This document shows positions 1 through 11,961 of a stretch of DNA of 64,000 nucleotides, one piece after another (within the stretch, counting starts at the first letter, position 1; each line of letters starts with the position of its first letter). The DNA lies in the sequence record OR545507.1; one strand, written 5' to 3'. The position numbers and the translations under genes were made by a program. A model generated the notes under the pieces. The model saw only the letters and a program-made list of their open reading frames with translations, searched no databases and had not been told where the DNA came from.

Positions 1-526
1 TACCAAAACCAGCACTCATATATTGAGAGTATTTATTGTCTTTTTTCGATGCTTCAATTGCATCATCAACGGCAGTGTTTGCACGTTGTTGTCCAGCTAA
101 GTCATAACTGTCTTCTGGTTTACCAAAATCCACTCCAATAACTGGTTCATCAACATCATCAAAATCGATATCATCTTCCAAATCAGTCATTTCAATTTGA
201 CGAGGTTCATCTTTACTACGAACACGAATCAATGCTTCTGTCATGCTTAGTAAATTGCCAATTTCATACATTAGTACATTTGATTGAACGCCACGATGAC
301 ATTTAAAGTCAAACATCCAAATTTCACCACAATCTAATTCATAGAAATCTAATGGTTTTTCCATAAAAATTGTTTTCTTTAGTGCTCCAATTTCAAACGC
401 ATCATAGCGATCCATTAGTCGCTGGGTTACTTTACTAAGTTGCTCAGGTGTTGGTTCAACTGCAAACTTAACTCGGTATTCATAAACTGGTTTCTTTTCA
501 GTTAGGATTTGTTGTAATCTATTCAT
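1..526 (-). CDS. Hypothetical protein, partial (runs off left edge)
   Basis: GGAG RBS then ATG at 526; open frame MNRLQQILTEKKPVYEYRVKF... to the window edge; not in the ORF track. Confidence 0.75.
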   Translation of the reverse strand, partial: MNRLQQILTEKKPVYEYRVKFAVEPTPEQLSKVTQRLMDRYDAFEIGALKKTIFMEKPLDFYELDCGEIWMFDFKCHRGVQSNVLMYEIGNLLSMTEALIRVRSKDEPRQIEMTDLEDDIDFDDVDEPVIGVDFGKPEDSYDLAGQQRANTAVDDAIEASKKDNKYSQYMSAGFG

Positions 527-553
527 TTTAATAACTCCATAAGGTCGTTTAAG

Positions 554-2661
<2,108 letters not shown>

Positions 2662-2672
2662 TCATTATCTCC

Positions 2673-3449
2673 TTAAAATCCTACACTACCAAAAACACGA
2701 TCAATGATATCTAAACCTTGATTGACATTTTCAGGTAAAAGTGAATTAATTCTGGTACTATACATTTCTTCAATGTTATCAAATTGTATACAATTATCTG
2801 GTTTGATAGTCACTACCATTTCAACTGGAGAACTTGAACTATAGTCTAATGAATCGTATGATATGTTTTGAATAACACATCCGGTTAAAACAAAGTATTC
2901 CATAACACCAGCACTGTTATAAGAAGAACCACCAATAAATTGATCTACTGCATTTACTAAGCCAGCATTATTTGTTGCAGCAGTTGCAGCATCTACTAGT
3001 GTATCTCTTCCTAGATTTTCTAGTGTATCATCTGAGTTACGACCACTCAACATCTGTATAACTAAACCAAATTTATAAGAACCATAATCTTGGTCATTTC
3101 TTGAAGTTATTCTGCGTTGAAAGTCCAGTTGTTTTTGTAGTTGGCGTGATAATGCTTTTGCTGATGCATTTCCAACTGAATCACGTATAGATATAGTAAT
3201 TGGTTCCCAATCATGACTACCTATATAGGAAGTATTAGTAGTAAATTGATATAGTTTATGAGTACTAAATGTTACAGTAGGTCTATCAATTTTATCAACA
3301 TCTAATGCGATGTGATCACGTTCATCTATATCAGTACCGAAATTATACACAATAACACGAAACTTGTATTTTGCTTTCGGTTGTAGCATTGAACGATTAC
3401 GCCCCGATGGTAAAGGAACGCCATATTTATTAATCATGTTATTTGCCAT
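2673..3449 (-). CDS. Tail tube protein paralog
   Basis: N-terminus YGVPL...QPKAKYKFRVI shared with 3544..4230. Confidence 0.7.
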   Translation of the reverse strand: MANNMINKYGVPLPSGRNRSMLQPKAKYKFRVIVYNFGTDIDERDHIALDVDKIDRPTVTFSTHKLYQFTTNTSYIGSHDWEPITISIRDSVGNASAKALSRQLQKQLDFQRRITSRNDQDYGSYKFGLVIQMLSGRNSDDTLENLGRDTLVDAATAATNNAGLVNAVDQFIGGSSYNSAGVMEYFVLTGCVIQNISYDSLDYSSSSPVEMVVTIKPDNCIQFDNIEEMYSTRINSLLPENVNQGLDIIDRVFGSVGF

Positions 3450-3494
3450 AGCAACCTCTTTTTATTTTATAAGGCATTATACTTTATTTAGCAT

Positions 3495-3522
3495 AAAAAA
3501 AGCCCCGAATAGATTCGAGGCT
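3495..3522 (-). terminator. Rho-independent terminator
   Basis: AGCCTCGAAT-ct-ATTCGGGGCT followed by T-run on minus strand. Confidence 0.75.
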
Positions 3523-3543
3523 ATATATTAAGTTTAAATAAAA

Positions 3544-4230
3544 TTAATTTTCGTAGAAGTTACTATCTGGTAGAGTAGTACTACTAATATTAGTTTGTGC
3601 ACCAGAAATAGAGGTAGCAGTTGATGGATTACCGAAGCCACTAACTTCATCACCGAACGCTTCGCCGTTTGGACCCAATTTAGCACAACCATCTGGTTGA
3701 ACAGTCATTGAAATAACTTGTGCTTCACTTGAGGAATAATCCCAATCACCAAAGTTGCTGGATTCAATAAAGCAACCTTGACATACCCAAGTACTCAATG
3801 TTCCTTCAAACAAGTTTGTTGTATTTTCACTATTAGAACCATCAAGCTCTTGAATCCACATTTCAAATTTAAATTGTGAATCTGTCATGCGAGATTCTTG
3901 ACTGTAGTAGTTAAATTCTTTACGCATTTGGTTGTATAGTGCTTTAGCAGAAGCATTACCTACAGAGTCACGGAAAGCAACATCAATTGTATCCCAAGTG
4001 TATTTCCCTTTGTAGTGTGCAGAACTGTTGTAACTATGAACAGTGACGTTTTCATGTGATACAGATACTGCCCCAACTGTATTGGTGTCTAGTGTAATCA
4101 TATTACCATCATCATTAGTACCAAAACCAAAGAAAATAACACGAAATTTGTATTTTGCTTTTGGTTGTTTCATAGAGATACGACCACCGCCAGCGAGCGG
4201 TACGCCATATCGATCAAGCATTGTAGCCAT
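3544..4230 (-). CDS. Tail tube protein (gp19-like)
   Basis: YKFRV...YKGKYTWDTIDVAFRD...WVCQGCF...DWDYSS; lies downstream of the sheath gene. Confidence 0.8.
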   Translation of the reverse strand: MATMLDRYGVPLAGGGRISMKQPKAKYKFRVIFFGFGTNDDGNMITLDTNTVGAVSVSHENVTVHSYNSSAHYKGKYTWDTIDVAFRDSVGNASAKALYNQMRKEFNYYSQESRMTDSQFKFEMWIQELDGSNSENTTNLFEGTLSTWVCQGCFIESSNFGDWDYSSSEAQVISMTVQPDGCAKLGPNGEAFGDEVSGFGNPSTATSISGAQTNISSTTLPDSNFYEN

Positions 4231-4290
4231 TTATATTCTCCTATTATGGAATGACATCTTTATATTATTTATCTATCTGGAAGTATATTT

Positions 4291-4546
4291 TTAATTAACT
4301 AAAGTGTCATCAACAGGGAACCAATTAATATTAACACAATATAAGTATCTTTTTCGTTTAGTGTGGTCAATATAGTTTACTGATATAGACCATTTTCCAT
4401 TTGTGTATACTTCGTATTTTTCAATTATACCGACAATCTTCTAAATTTTTTAAAAATATATTTAGTATGTGTATTGATTCTAACTGAGTTAAAACTATTT
4501 TACTGACATCTTGTATTGTTCTTTTTAGTATTTCTTCCATATCCAT
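4291..4546 (-). pseudogene. Small gene (84 aa if joined) split by a +1 frameshift at about 4432
   Basis: AGGGA RBS and ATG at 4546; frame 0 MDMEEIL...NLEDC-CGG stops soon after; +1 frame GIIEKYEVYTNGKW...DTLVN* has no ATG start of its own. Confidence 0.5.
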
Positions 4547-4593
4547 AATGTCCCTTTATAACATCAATATAAAGGTATTTAATTTTAAACAAT

Positions 4594-4619
4594 AAAAAAG
4601 GGAACCAAAAGGTTCCCTT
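4594..4619 (-). terminator. Rho-independent terminator after the sheath gene
   Basis: AAGGGAACC-tttt-GGTTCCCTT plus T-run. Confidence 0.8.
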
Positions 4620-4625
4620 AGTGTT

Positions 4626-7289
4626 TTATTGAGTTTTTTCGATACGGATTGGTACGTAAATGAAGTTAATACTCTTAGTTGGTTGGATTGCAATATCCAT
4701 CCAAAGTTCATTACGGTCAATACGCTCTGCGGTATTGTTACTTTCATCACAAACTACTGCGAAGTTATAAAGACCCTGTTGTTGAACAATTTCAGCCAAG
4801 AAACTATTAACTACACCACTAAATTCCTGACGAGTACTTGGAGTATTCAAACGGAATAGGAATGGTTCGGAAATAATTTCTAGTTGACGACGAATATAAA
4901 CAACTAAACGAGCAACGTTAACACGACTTAGTGCAGAAGTTTGATTAGCAGATAGAGTTTTATCTCCATAAACAAGCAAACCACGGTTAGGACGCATTGC
5001 AATTGGGTTAATGTTGTTAGTATACATAACGTCACGTTGACCTTGGTTATATACTACTGGTTGATATTCACCTTCGCTGTTGATAAAACCAGTACTTGCA
5101 GCGTTTGTTACAACACCACGAGTTGTACCAGCAGGTGGATACCATACATAACTAACACTATCACTATATGCATATGTACGCATTGCAATAGTACTACCAG
5201 GAACTGCAACTTCTTCACCATCAACGTTAGTACTTAGACACCAACCCATATACTGAGCAGCATAATCATAAGCAGTTGTGCGACCAACTGAACCGTTACT
5301 TGGTGCATTGTTAGCATTAGTAGCCCATTGTTGTACAGCACTACCGTTTCCGGTTGGATTCAAACGTGCTGGAACGTCAGTAACAATAAATGCAGTTTCT
5401 TTACGATCAGTGTTTAAAGTTACACATTCATCAAGTGTTTCAACGTAACCAGGTACACAAATTAGGTTAAAATCAATAAATTCAGAACGAATGTCATCAT
5501 TACCAATAATAACAGCAGCTAGTGCTTCAACTACTAGTTGACGTTGTGCAGCACGACCAAATAGACCAGCACCATCAAGACTTACACCACTAACAACTTC
5601 CCATTGACCATTAACCATTTTCTTAACAACACCTTCAGTGTTACCTAGGTCAACAGCAAGCATACCATTTTGATATAATGCCGCAGCAGGAACTTGGCTT
5701 GGGAAATTAAAGTCTTGGAAAATCATACCATTTAGTGTACTTTGGTCAGTACTGTCAAGTTTAACCCATTCACCATCAACGTTACGATAGAAATCATAAC
5801 CATCAATGCCTTGAGACAAAGGACAAACCCAAATTAAACGGTCAGCCGCTGGTTCATCAACTTGTACATATTTGTTTTCTTCTTGTACTAGATCCCATTC
5901 ATCATTAGCAACATCAGCAACATACATAGTTACAGTTAGATTATCGGAGTTCCCGAAATCATACCAGAGAGTTCCTTCTTTTGCTACACTACGTGGTACT
6001 GAATAACTAACACGGAAGTTATTAACGTTAATTAGAGAGTAGTTGTTACTATCTACAGTTAGTTTTTGTAGTTCAGATTCAGCAAAAATATCATCACCAC
6101 TTTGTGTGATTTTGAAACTGTAACCTTTTGTATTGGAAACAACTAAACCACCATTAGTTTCACGTTTAAATTTAAAACCATCGTTAATAATTTCAGCATT
6201 TGCATTTAGATTATTGATGATAGTTTGGGTATTAATAACACCGCCTTGTGGAACTGCTAGTACTTTAACTGATTTATTCAAATAAACAAAAGTCATATAA
6301 CTATCAGCACCTGCTTGTTCAATAATAGTTTCACCAAGTGGCAAAGCAGGAGCACTAATTGTTGTTAGTTTTGCACTTTGAATATAGAAAGAGAAACTCT
6401 TACTATCTTCATCAAAACGAGATGCGATATAACTATTGTTTAGTACACCACTTTTCGCTTCAATTTCTTGGAATGAATTACCAGTATATGCTGGTACAAT
6501 ATTCCAAACTTGAGTTAGGGATGCATAACGTTTAATAACAAAACGAGTACCAAAATAGTTTGAACCATTTTGGGTGTAACCATCACGAATCCAAATGTTA
6601 CCTTTTTCTACAGTTGAGCCAACTGGAACTTTGTTAATTGGTGATAGATAAGTTTCCATTTGCACTAGCCCAGAAGCAGAACGTTTATACATTAGCATCT
6701 GACCATTGCTTGGTTTGTAACGTAGAACTAAATCATCAACATTTAAACCTACTAGACTTACATCTTCAACTTCTTCAGCACTTACAATAGTTACTGGCTT
6801 AAGTTGCCAATCATAAAAACTGCTTGGACTATCTTTCTTCGCTACATACGCTTCTACTTGTGATTGTGCGGTATCAAACCACAAAGTACCATTGGATACT
6901 GGGCCAGTTGGTGCTTCAGCACTTGGTGCTAGTTGTGCTAGATCGATATCAGCACGAATTACATATGCACGGTTAGTAATGCCTAGATAAGAATATACTG
7001 CATGTAGGCCATATTCGTTTAGTTCATCACCTTGAACAACAGAACCGTTATTCATTTGAAAAATTGGTGTACCATAGGTATCAAGTGAACTTTTTTGTGA
7101 TGTTAGAAGCTGTAGTTTTCCAGCGTTTGCTTTAGTAGTTCCCGCAGCTATTGCACTGCTTCCTGGGACAAGTTTGTCTTCAGCAGTAGCGATTACAAAT
7201 AGTGGTACAGTGCCAGGAGCAGCAGCGGTACTCATACTTTCATCAGTTACTGAAATGGAAACGCCAGGTGAGAGTAGATCTCCTGCCAT
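4626..7289 (-). CDS. Tail sheath protein (gp18-like)
   Basis: N-terminal LLSPGVSISVTDES; C-terminal WYPPAGTTRG...INPI...YGDKT...NVARL...IQPTKSINFIYV. Confidence 0.95.
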   Translation of the reverse strand: MAGDLLSPGVSISVTDESMSTAAAPGTVPLFVIATAEDKLVPGSSAIAAGTTKANAGKLQLLTSQKSSLDTYGTPIFQMNNGSVVQGDELNEYGLHAVYSYLGITNRAYVIRADIDLAQLAPSAEAPTGPVSNGTLWFDTAQSQVEAYVAKKDSPSSFYDWQLKPVTIVSAEEVEDVSLVGLNVDDLVLRYKPSNGQMLMYKRSASGLVQMETYLSPINKVPVGSTVEKGNIWIRDGYTQNGSNYFGTRFVIKRYASLTQVWNIVPAYTGNSFQEIEAKSGVLNNSYIASRFDEDSKSFSFYIQSAKLTTISAPALPLGETIIEQAGADSYMTFVYLNKSVKVLAVPQGGVINTQTIINNLNANAEIINDGFKFKRETNGGLVVSNTKGYSFKITQSGDDIFAESELQKLTVDSNNYSLINVNNFRVSYSVPRSVAKEGTLWYDFGNSDNLTVTMYVADVANDEWDLVQEENKYVQVDEPAADRLIWVCPLSQGIDGYDFYRNVDGEWVKLDSTDQSTLNGMIFQDFNFPSQVPAAALYQNGMLAVDLGNTEGVVKKMVNGQWEVVSGVSLDGAGLFGRAAQRQLVVEALAAVIIGNDDIRSEFIDFNLICVPGYVETLDECVTLNTDRKETAFIVTDVPARLNPTGNGSAVQQWATNANNAPSNGSVGRTTAYDYAAQYMGWCLSTNVDGEEVAVPGSTIAMRTYAYSDSVSYVWYPPAGTTRGVVTNAASTGFINSEGEYQPVVYNQGQRDVMYTNNINPIAMRPNRGLLVYGDKTLSANQTSALSRVNVARLVVYIRRQLEIISEPFLFRLNTPSTRQEFSGVVNSFLAEIVQQQGLYNFAVVCDESNNTAERIDRNELWMDIAIQPTKSINFIYVPIRIEKTQ

Positions 7290-7339
7290 ATTAAATCCTC
7301 CAAAAATAATTGGTTATTCGAAATATATTCGTATAGTCT

Positions 7340-7347
7340 TATTTATT
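7340..7347 (-). promoter_or_regulatory. T4-type late promoter (AATAAATA)
   Basis: TAAATA box upstream of sheath; similar boxes near 3485, 4266 and 9197 precede tube and neck genes. Confidence 0.55.
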
Positions 7348-7383
7348 GAAGGATTTAATTGTCCAGTCCTTATTGTTTATAAT

Positions 7384-8010
7384 TTATGTATTAGAATAAA
7401 TAATGTCCATTGCTTTTTTATGTAAATCATCAATAGTACTGTTATTCTGTACAATTATATCAGGATTGTTTATTCCAATCCAAGCCCACTCAGATTCGTG
7501 TACTGATTCAAGTTCAACTGGTTTAATATTAATATCCCCTTTATTATAAGAGGCAGCCAAACCATACCAATGTGGTAGAACACGTTGAACTTCAATAATA
7601 GTCCCATTATTCGATCTAATCATTTTTAATTCATTTGGAAAACGGCAATCAGTGATGATGATATTTCCATCTATGTCTTGCATTGATTTTTCTAAACTGA
7701 ATACCCAAATATCATTATGAAAATACTTACGCAAAATATTAGTACCATAATTCTGCAATACCCATCGAGGGGATACATCATTACGACCTAACTTATCACA
7801 CCAGTACTGATCCGGTTCTTCACGAATCTTACGACTTTCCTTAGTTGACCCCTCAAGCATTTCACGGTCCCATCCAAAGATGGCAGAAACTGAATCTTTT
7901 AGATTGGTTGCGAATGACATTCGTGTGTAACCATTATTAATAAAAGATTCACCAAATGTATCTTTACCACTTCCAATAGTTCCGTTAATTGCAATTATTT
8001 GTCTTCCCAT
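7384..8010 (-). CDS. Deoxynucleoside monophosphate kinase (T4 gp1-like)
   Basis: P-loop GTIGSGKDT, SFATNLK, PRWVLQNYGT, IITDCRFPNE, HESE. Confidence 0.9.
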   Translation of the reverse strand: MGRQIIAINGTIGSGKDTFGESFINNGYTRMSFATNLKDSVSAIFGWDREMLEGSTKESRKIREEPDQYWCDKLGRNDVSPRWVLQNYGTNILRKYFHNDIWVFSLEKSMQDIDGNIIITDCRFPNELKMIRSNNGTIIEVQRVLPHWYGLAASYNKGDINIKPVELESVHESEWAWIGINNPDIIVQNNSTIDDLHKKAMDIIYSNT

Positions 8011-8028
8011 TATACTACTCCATGTATT

Positions 8029-8298
8029 TTATATAATTTCTATTAAATCCTTTCCTACTAAACTTTCAAGTAATCCAAGAATTGACTCATTACCATAATA
8101 TATAGAAACATAAGTAATAAAAAATGTTTCCCCATCATCATCACGATATATACTCGCCCATGCATTTATTCGATCTCTACCGATAACATCAATGATTGAA
8201 TCTTTGATAAATTTCCAGTACTTTTCAGTTGATTCATAATCAAGCGTTGGTCTACCACAACGATATCTGTTATACGTTACATTTATGTTATTATTCAT
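8029..8298 (-). CDS. Hypothetical protein
   Basis: 89-aa ORF; TGATATAAT -10 box just upstream (about 8326). Confidence 0.6.
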   Translation of the reverse strand: MNNNINVTYNRYRCGRPTLDYESTEKYWKFIKDSIIDVIGRDRINAWASIYRDDDGETFFITYVSIYYGNESILGLLESLVGKDLIEII

Positions 8299-8343
8299 GA
8301 CAAGTTCCTTTAGATTAATATTATCATTATATCACATAATATG

Positions 8344-8370
8344 AAAAAAGACCCCATATAGGAGTCCTTT
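8344..8370 (-). terminator. Rho-independent terminator
   Basis: GGACTCC-tata-TGGGGTC hairpin plus T-run after the neck gene. Confidence 0.6.
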
Positions 8371-8374
8371 TAAT

Positions 8375-9181
8375 TTAACCAATAATCATACCGAGTGGTT
8401 CAGCACCATCTTGATAACGTTTCAAACGCTCTTTAAGCTGTTCTTGAAGCTGTAAACCTTCATTGCGTAAGGTATCACCATCCATAGAAAACGTTCCCTG
8501 TGGTCCAGGAAGCGATGCAAATTTAGCACGGTTACGACCCAACATAATCATTGCTTCGGATAAAGCCCAATCACGCAACCAAGGATAACTTTGCTGCCTT
8601 TGGAACAACAATGGTTCAGGAATATTATGATAGACGTGTAATAGTACTTCTTCAGTACCACGAATATCACGATCTATAATTAATTTTTTGGTCATTGGGT
8701 TAAATTGAAATATAATATCACGACCAAACATACGACCTACCAGTTCTTGGAACTGAAAACTAAAATCATATGTAGTTAGATCATATCCACCAGCATTTCG
8801 TGCTGAAGTCAATAAGTAAGTGTTGGTGAATGCTAGAGAAAACGGGTCTACTGAGTTCCCACTACCAGAACTTAAGTAACCATTACCATAACGATAAATC
8901 TTTTTAACAATTTCAACTTCAGTTGGTAGCATATATACAGATTGTGAATCATAAAATTTCATATTTAAAAATGCTTCTTCTTTAGAAGCAGAACTCCACG
9001 CTCTGTAATTCGATACCGCATTATCAATTGCAATTTCTAATTGACCATCAGTAATTTCTACCTCAACGGCCCCAGCACCCAACATTTGAGTGATAACATC
9101 TTTCAGTTTTTCACGATGGTCAAAGTTAGGAGCATCAGGGTTTCCACCCATATAATCGTAAGACATAAAAAAGCACCTCAT
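8375..9181 (-). CDS. Neck protein (gp13-like)
   Basis: LGAGAVEVEITDGQLEIAIDNA...WLRDWALSEAMIMLGRNRAKF...LPG. Confidence 0.85.
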   Translation of the reverse strand: MRCFFMSYDYMGGNPDAPNFDHREKLKDVITQMLGAGAVEVEITDGQLEIAIDNAVSNYRAWSSASKEEAFLNMKFYDSQSVYMLPTEVEIVKKIYRYGNGYLSSGSGNSVDPFSLAFTNTYLLTSARNAGGYDLTTYDFSFQFQELVGRMFGRDIIFQFNPMTKKLIIDRDIRGTEEVLLHVYHNIPEPLLFQRQQSYPWLRDWALSEAMIMLGRNRAKFASLPGPQGTFSMDGDTLRNEGLQLQEQLKERLKRYQDGAEPLGMIIG

Positions 9182-9216
9182 TAATGTTTATATACATTAT
9201 TTAGAGGTGCTAATAG

Positions 9217-9435
9217 TTATTTTGAATTATACAAGCAGTACAGGTATACCAATGGAGTAAAATGTTCGGAATCTATTATATATATTAACTGAGTAACATA
9301 TATTCCATATAGATCTCGTGATTTATCTCTGTACATTAACAATGATTTATTTAAGTAAGGATCAACCCAGTACTTAATATCATTGTACTTCAACGTGTTG
9401 TTACGGTAACCTGATAGTTTTGAATTTTTATTCAA
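9217..9435 (-). CDS. Small hypothetical protein (EHF-LVY-YC family)
   Basis: C-terminus resembles 42656..42880 and 42068..42286. Confidence 0.6.
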   Translation of the reverse strand: MNKNSKLSGYRNNTLKYNDIKYWVDPYLNKSLLMYRDKSRDLYGIYVTQLIYIIDSEHFTPLVYLYCLYNSK

Positions 9436-9805
9436 TTTTCTTACAATTACTCAGTAAGTGAATGATATCATCAGCAGTGAATGGTCCCAATACCAGAACT
9501 TCTTCACCATTACCGAAAATGCTCAATGGCACTGATTGTTGACCAGCTAGATATTCAATTTGTTCCAGTTCGAAAATGTCATCAGCAGCATATACTACCT
9601 GCTCCATTTCATTATCTTTAATCCATGACTGCCAATGTTCTTTAAACTTCTTAGCTTCGTATTCTTGAACATAGTTAGGTGATTCAGGGTTGTATTGATG
9701 TAACATAGTCATCCCAGCCATTACTAATTCTTTAGGGGATGGTGTAGAATCTTTCAGTACTACGATAGCTTGGATAGTTTTTACTTTAACGTCATTAGCA
9801 GCCAT
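9428..9805 (-). CDS. Degenerate PTH2-fold (peptidyl-tRNA hydrolase 2-like) protein
   Basis: QAIVVLKD...W..W...EQVVYAA...ELEQI...A....VPLSIF...VLVLGP pattern. Confidence 0.5.
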   Translation of the reverse strand: MAANDVKVKTIQAIVVLKDSTPSPKELVMAGMTMLHQYNPESPNYVQEYEAKKFKEHWQSWIKDNEMEQVVYAADDIFELEQIEYLAGQQSVPLSIFGNGEEVLVLGPFTADDIIHLLSNCKKIE

Positions 9806-9817
9806 TATATACCTCTA

Positions 9818-10126
9818 TTATAGAATGATTTTATTCTCAGGAACGAAAACTTTTGGAGTGTTTTCGATTGCTTTAATAGCATCAACATAAGCATCAACTA
9901 ATGCAGGGTTTGCATCACTAACACTAATAATGTTGGATTTATAAAAAATAACATTTTTCTCCATACTAACAAACTCTAGATAATCACGAAGAATGATTTC
10001 ACCATTTTCGTCAGTCCCTAGTTGTGCTGGGTAGTTAACTACAACAGCTTCAGCAGAATCGGTTTGAAGAACTGCTAGTACTGGGCCAATGTTATTGATG
10101 TTTAGTAGTTTAACGGTCATAGTCAT
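9818..10126 (-). CDS. Conserved hypothetical protein (possible Sm-like beta fold)
   Basis: ATG at 10126; beta-rich N-terminus, NPALVDAY helix. Confidence 0.55.
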   Translation of the reverse strand: MTMTVKLLNINNIGPVLAVLQTDSAEAVVVNYPAQLGTDENGEIILRDYLEFVSMEKNVIFYKSNIISVSDANPALVDAYVDAIKAIENTPKVFVPENKIIL

Positions 10127-10145
10127 TTTTGTCAAGTCCTTTTGT

Positions 10146-10622
10146 TTATTTTAGAATGTATAAGTGTTTTTCTGCATTGACCAGACGGTGATCAATGATT
10201 TCTTTGATAACGTTCCAGTTACCGCCGCCCAAATCGGCTCCAATTTTCGGGAAATGTACATGAACATCTCGATCAACTTTACAAAAATAATTTAGATGTT
10301 TGAACACATCGTCAATTGCATCATAACTGACATATTTAGCACCGTCATTACCGTACATTTTTTGGGTAATACAGTTTGCAATAATCAAATTATCGTTAAT
10401 TGCTGAATATGCAATTTGTCCAATTCTAAGAAATCCCATTTCCTTTTCATATGCTTTATAATCATCATATGCCATTGGGTAGCGATTCCTTAGTTCCTTT
10501 GCGAAACCAGAACCCATCTTACCTTGAGCATTACATCCGTGAGCAATAATATGTAATGCATTTTGATCATCGGTAACAGTACTGAATAATTCAAACAGAT
10601 TACCTCGGTGTTCATGAATCAT
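10146..10622 (-). CDS. Macrodomain (ADP-ribose binding/processing) protein
   Basis: GNLF...IIAHGCNAQGKMGSGFA...FPKIGADLGGGNW. Confidence 0.9.
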   Translation of the reverse strand: MIHEHRGNLFELFSTVTDDQNALHIIAHGCNAQGKMGSGFAKELRNRYPMAYDDYKAYEKEMGFLRIGQIAYSAINDNLIIANCITQKMYGNDGAKYVSYDAIDDVFKHLNYFCKVDRDVHVHFPKIGADLGGGNWNVIKEIIDHRLVNAEKHLYILK

Positions 10623-10633
10623 TATATTCTCCG

Positions 10634-10663
10634 AAAAGAAAGGACTCTGTGGTCAGAGTCCTT
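10634..10663 (-). terminator. Rho-independent terminator
   Basis: AAGGACTCTG-acca-CAGAGTCCTT plus T-run. Confidence 0.8.
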
Positions 10664-10671
10664 ATTTTAAA

Positions 10672-10929
10672 TTATTCTTCTTCACCGAAACGGATTTTCT
10701 TTAATTCTTTTCGATGCTTTCTAGCTATTGTACTTTTGTGAAGTCTATTACTGCGTTTTGTGTCTTTTGTAATGTACCATGAATCTTCTGGTGCATCATA
10801 ATCACAAAATCCATCTTCCGTAATTGTTCCTAAAAATGCAGATTTTTTAGGAATATTAGTTTGAGCTTTAGCCTGAAATTGACCTTTTGCTAATTGTTCA
10901 CGAAAACTGAGCATAATAGTATCTCCCAA
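10672..10929 (-). CDS. Hypothetical basic protein
   Basis: 85-aa ORF; TAAATA late-type box upstream (about 10955). Confidence 0.6.
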   Translation of the reverse strand: MGDTIMLSFREQLAKGQFQAKAQTNIPKKSAFLGTITEDGFCDYDAPEDSWYITKDTKRSNRLHKSTIARKHRKELKKIRFGEEE

Positions 10930-10960
10930 ATTGTTAAGAAGAACTTTTTGTTCTTCACAT

Positions 10961-11212
10961 TTATTTAGGGTTGCCAGAAACCTTCACATGTTTGATAAAT
11001 GCCAAAATATCATCTTTACTAAAAGATTTTACAATAAATTCTACAGCCGAATCATACTGTTCTTGTTTAGATAGATATTCTTTCATTTTGTTAATTTTAA
11101 TCTGGGCTTTTTCTTTAGCTATTGAAATATCAGGAATTTTAAACTCTACTCCCAACGTATCAGCTAGTTGTTTTGCACGAGATGATACTTTTTCAATATC
11201 CATTAGTTCCAA
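10961..11212 (-). CDS. Hypothetical protein
   Basis: 83-aa ORF coupled to glutaredoxin. Confidence 0.6.
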   Translation of the reverse strand: MELMDIEKVSSRAKQLADTLGVEFKIPDISIAKEKAQIKINKMKEYLSKQEQYDSAVEFIVKSFSKDDILAFIKHVKVSGNPK

Positions 11213-11451
11213 CGACCTTCTTTAAGACCTTCAATAAATCCAGTACAACCACCTGGTACATAAATGTCATTTACGAAAATTTGAGGAACTTGACGAACTG
11301 GTTCACCACAAATTTCAGACAGTTTTGAACCATCGATACCTTCAGCAACAATATCTACAAACTCCATTTCAAATTTATTTTGTTCACATACAGCTTTTGC
11401 AGTGTCGCAAAATTTACAACCAGTCTTGCGACCATAAATTTTAACTTTCAT
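11203..11451 (-). CDS. Glutaredoxin
   Basis: CKFC active site, RQVPQIFVND...GG. Confidence 0.9.
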   Translation of the reverse strand: MKVKIYGRKTGCKFCDTAKAVCEQNKFEMEFVDIVAEGIDGSKLSEICGEPVRQVPQIFVNDIYVPGGCTGFIEGLKEGRWN

Positions 11452-11452
11452 G

Positions 11453-11885
11453 TTATTTCCTTCTATTTCTTTGAAAAGCTTTAACAGCTTTAATAATACT
11501 GTTACACATTCGTTCAGTCAAATACTTTTGACATTCTCGTACATCAATGTACATGAACTTATCCAATTCTGGATGACTCTTACCATATCTATTAGTGTAA
11601 GTACTTTTACAAACTAATTCATCTGGTATTGGTTTGTCTTTGGCAGTATAAAAGAAAAGTACTAACCTTTTTCCCTTTCTATAGGATACATCACCAAGAA
11701 ACAGAAGATCATCTTCATCGATTTCGTATCCTGTCTCTTCGAAACATTCACGTACAGCAGCTTCTTTGAAAGTTTCATTACCCTCAGCTTTCCCTTTAGG
11801 TAAATCCCAATGATTCTGTCCGTGTTGTATGTCCGATAAGTATCTGACCATCACGATAAAATATTATACCACAACTATAACGCAT
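11453..11885 (-). CDS. nudE: T4 NudE-like NUDIX hydrolase, +1 frameshift at about 11822
   Basis: Nudix box WDLPKGKAEGNETFKEAAVRECFEETG. The N-terminus MRYSCGIIFYRDGQILIGHTT (ATG 11885) is one base out of frame and matches the NudE SAGIIF motif. Confidence 0.8.
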
Positions 11886-11926
11886 ATCTTATCTCTTTGT
11901 CATCAATCGATGTTCAGATACTAATA

Positions 11927-11954
11927 ATTATATCAGTTATTGGTTTTTTGTCCC
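11927..11954 (-). promoter_or_regulatory. Sigma70-like promoter GGGACA-16-TATAAT with extended TG
   Basis: gggacaaaaaaccaataactgaTATAAT on minus strand. Confidence 0.6.
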
Positions 11955-11961
11955 ACTATTT

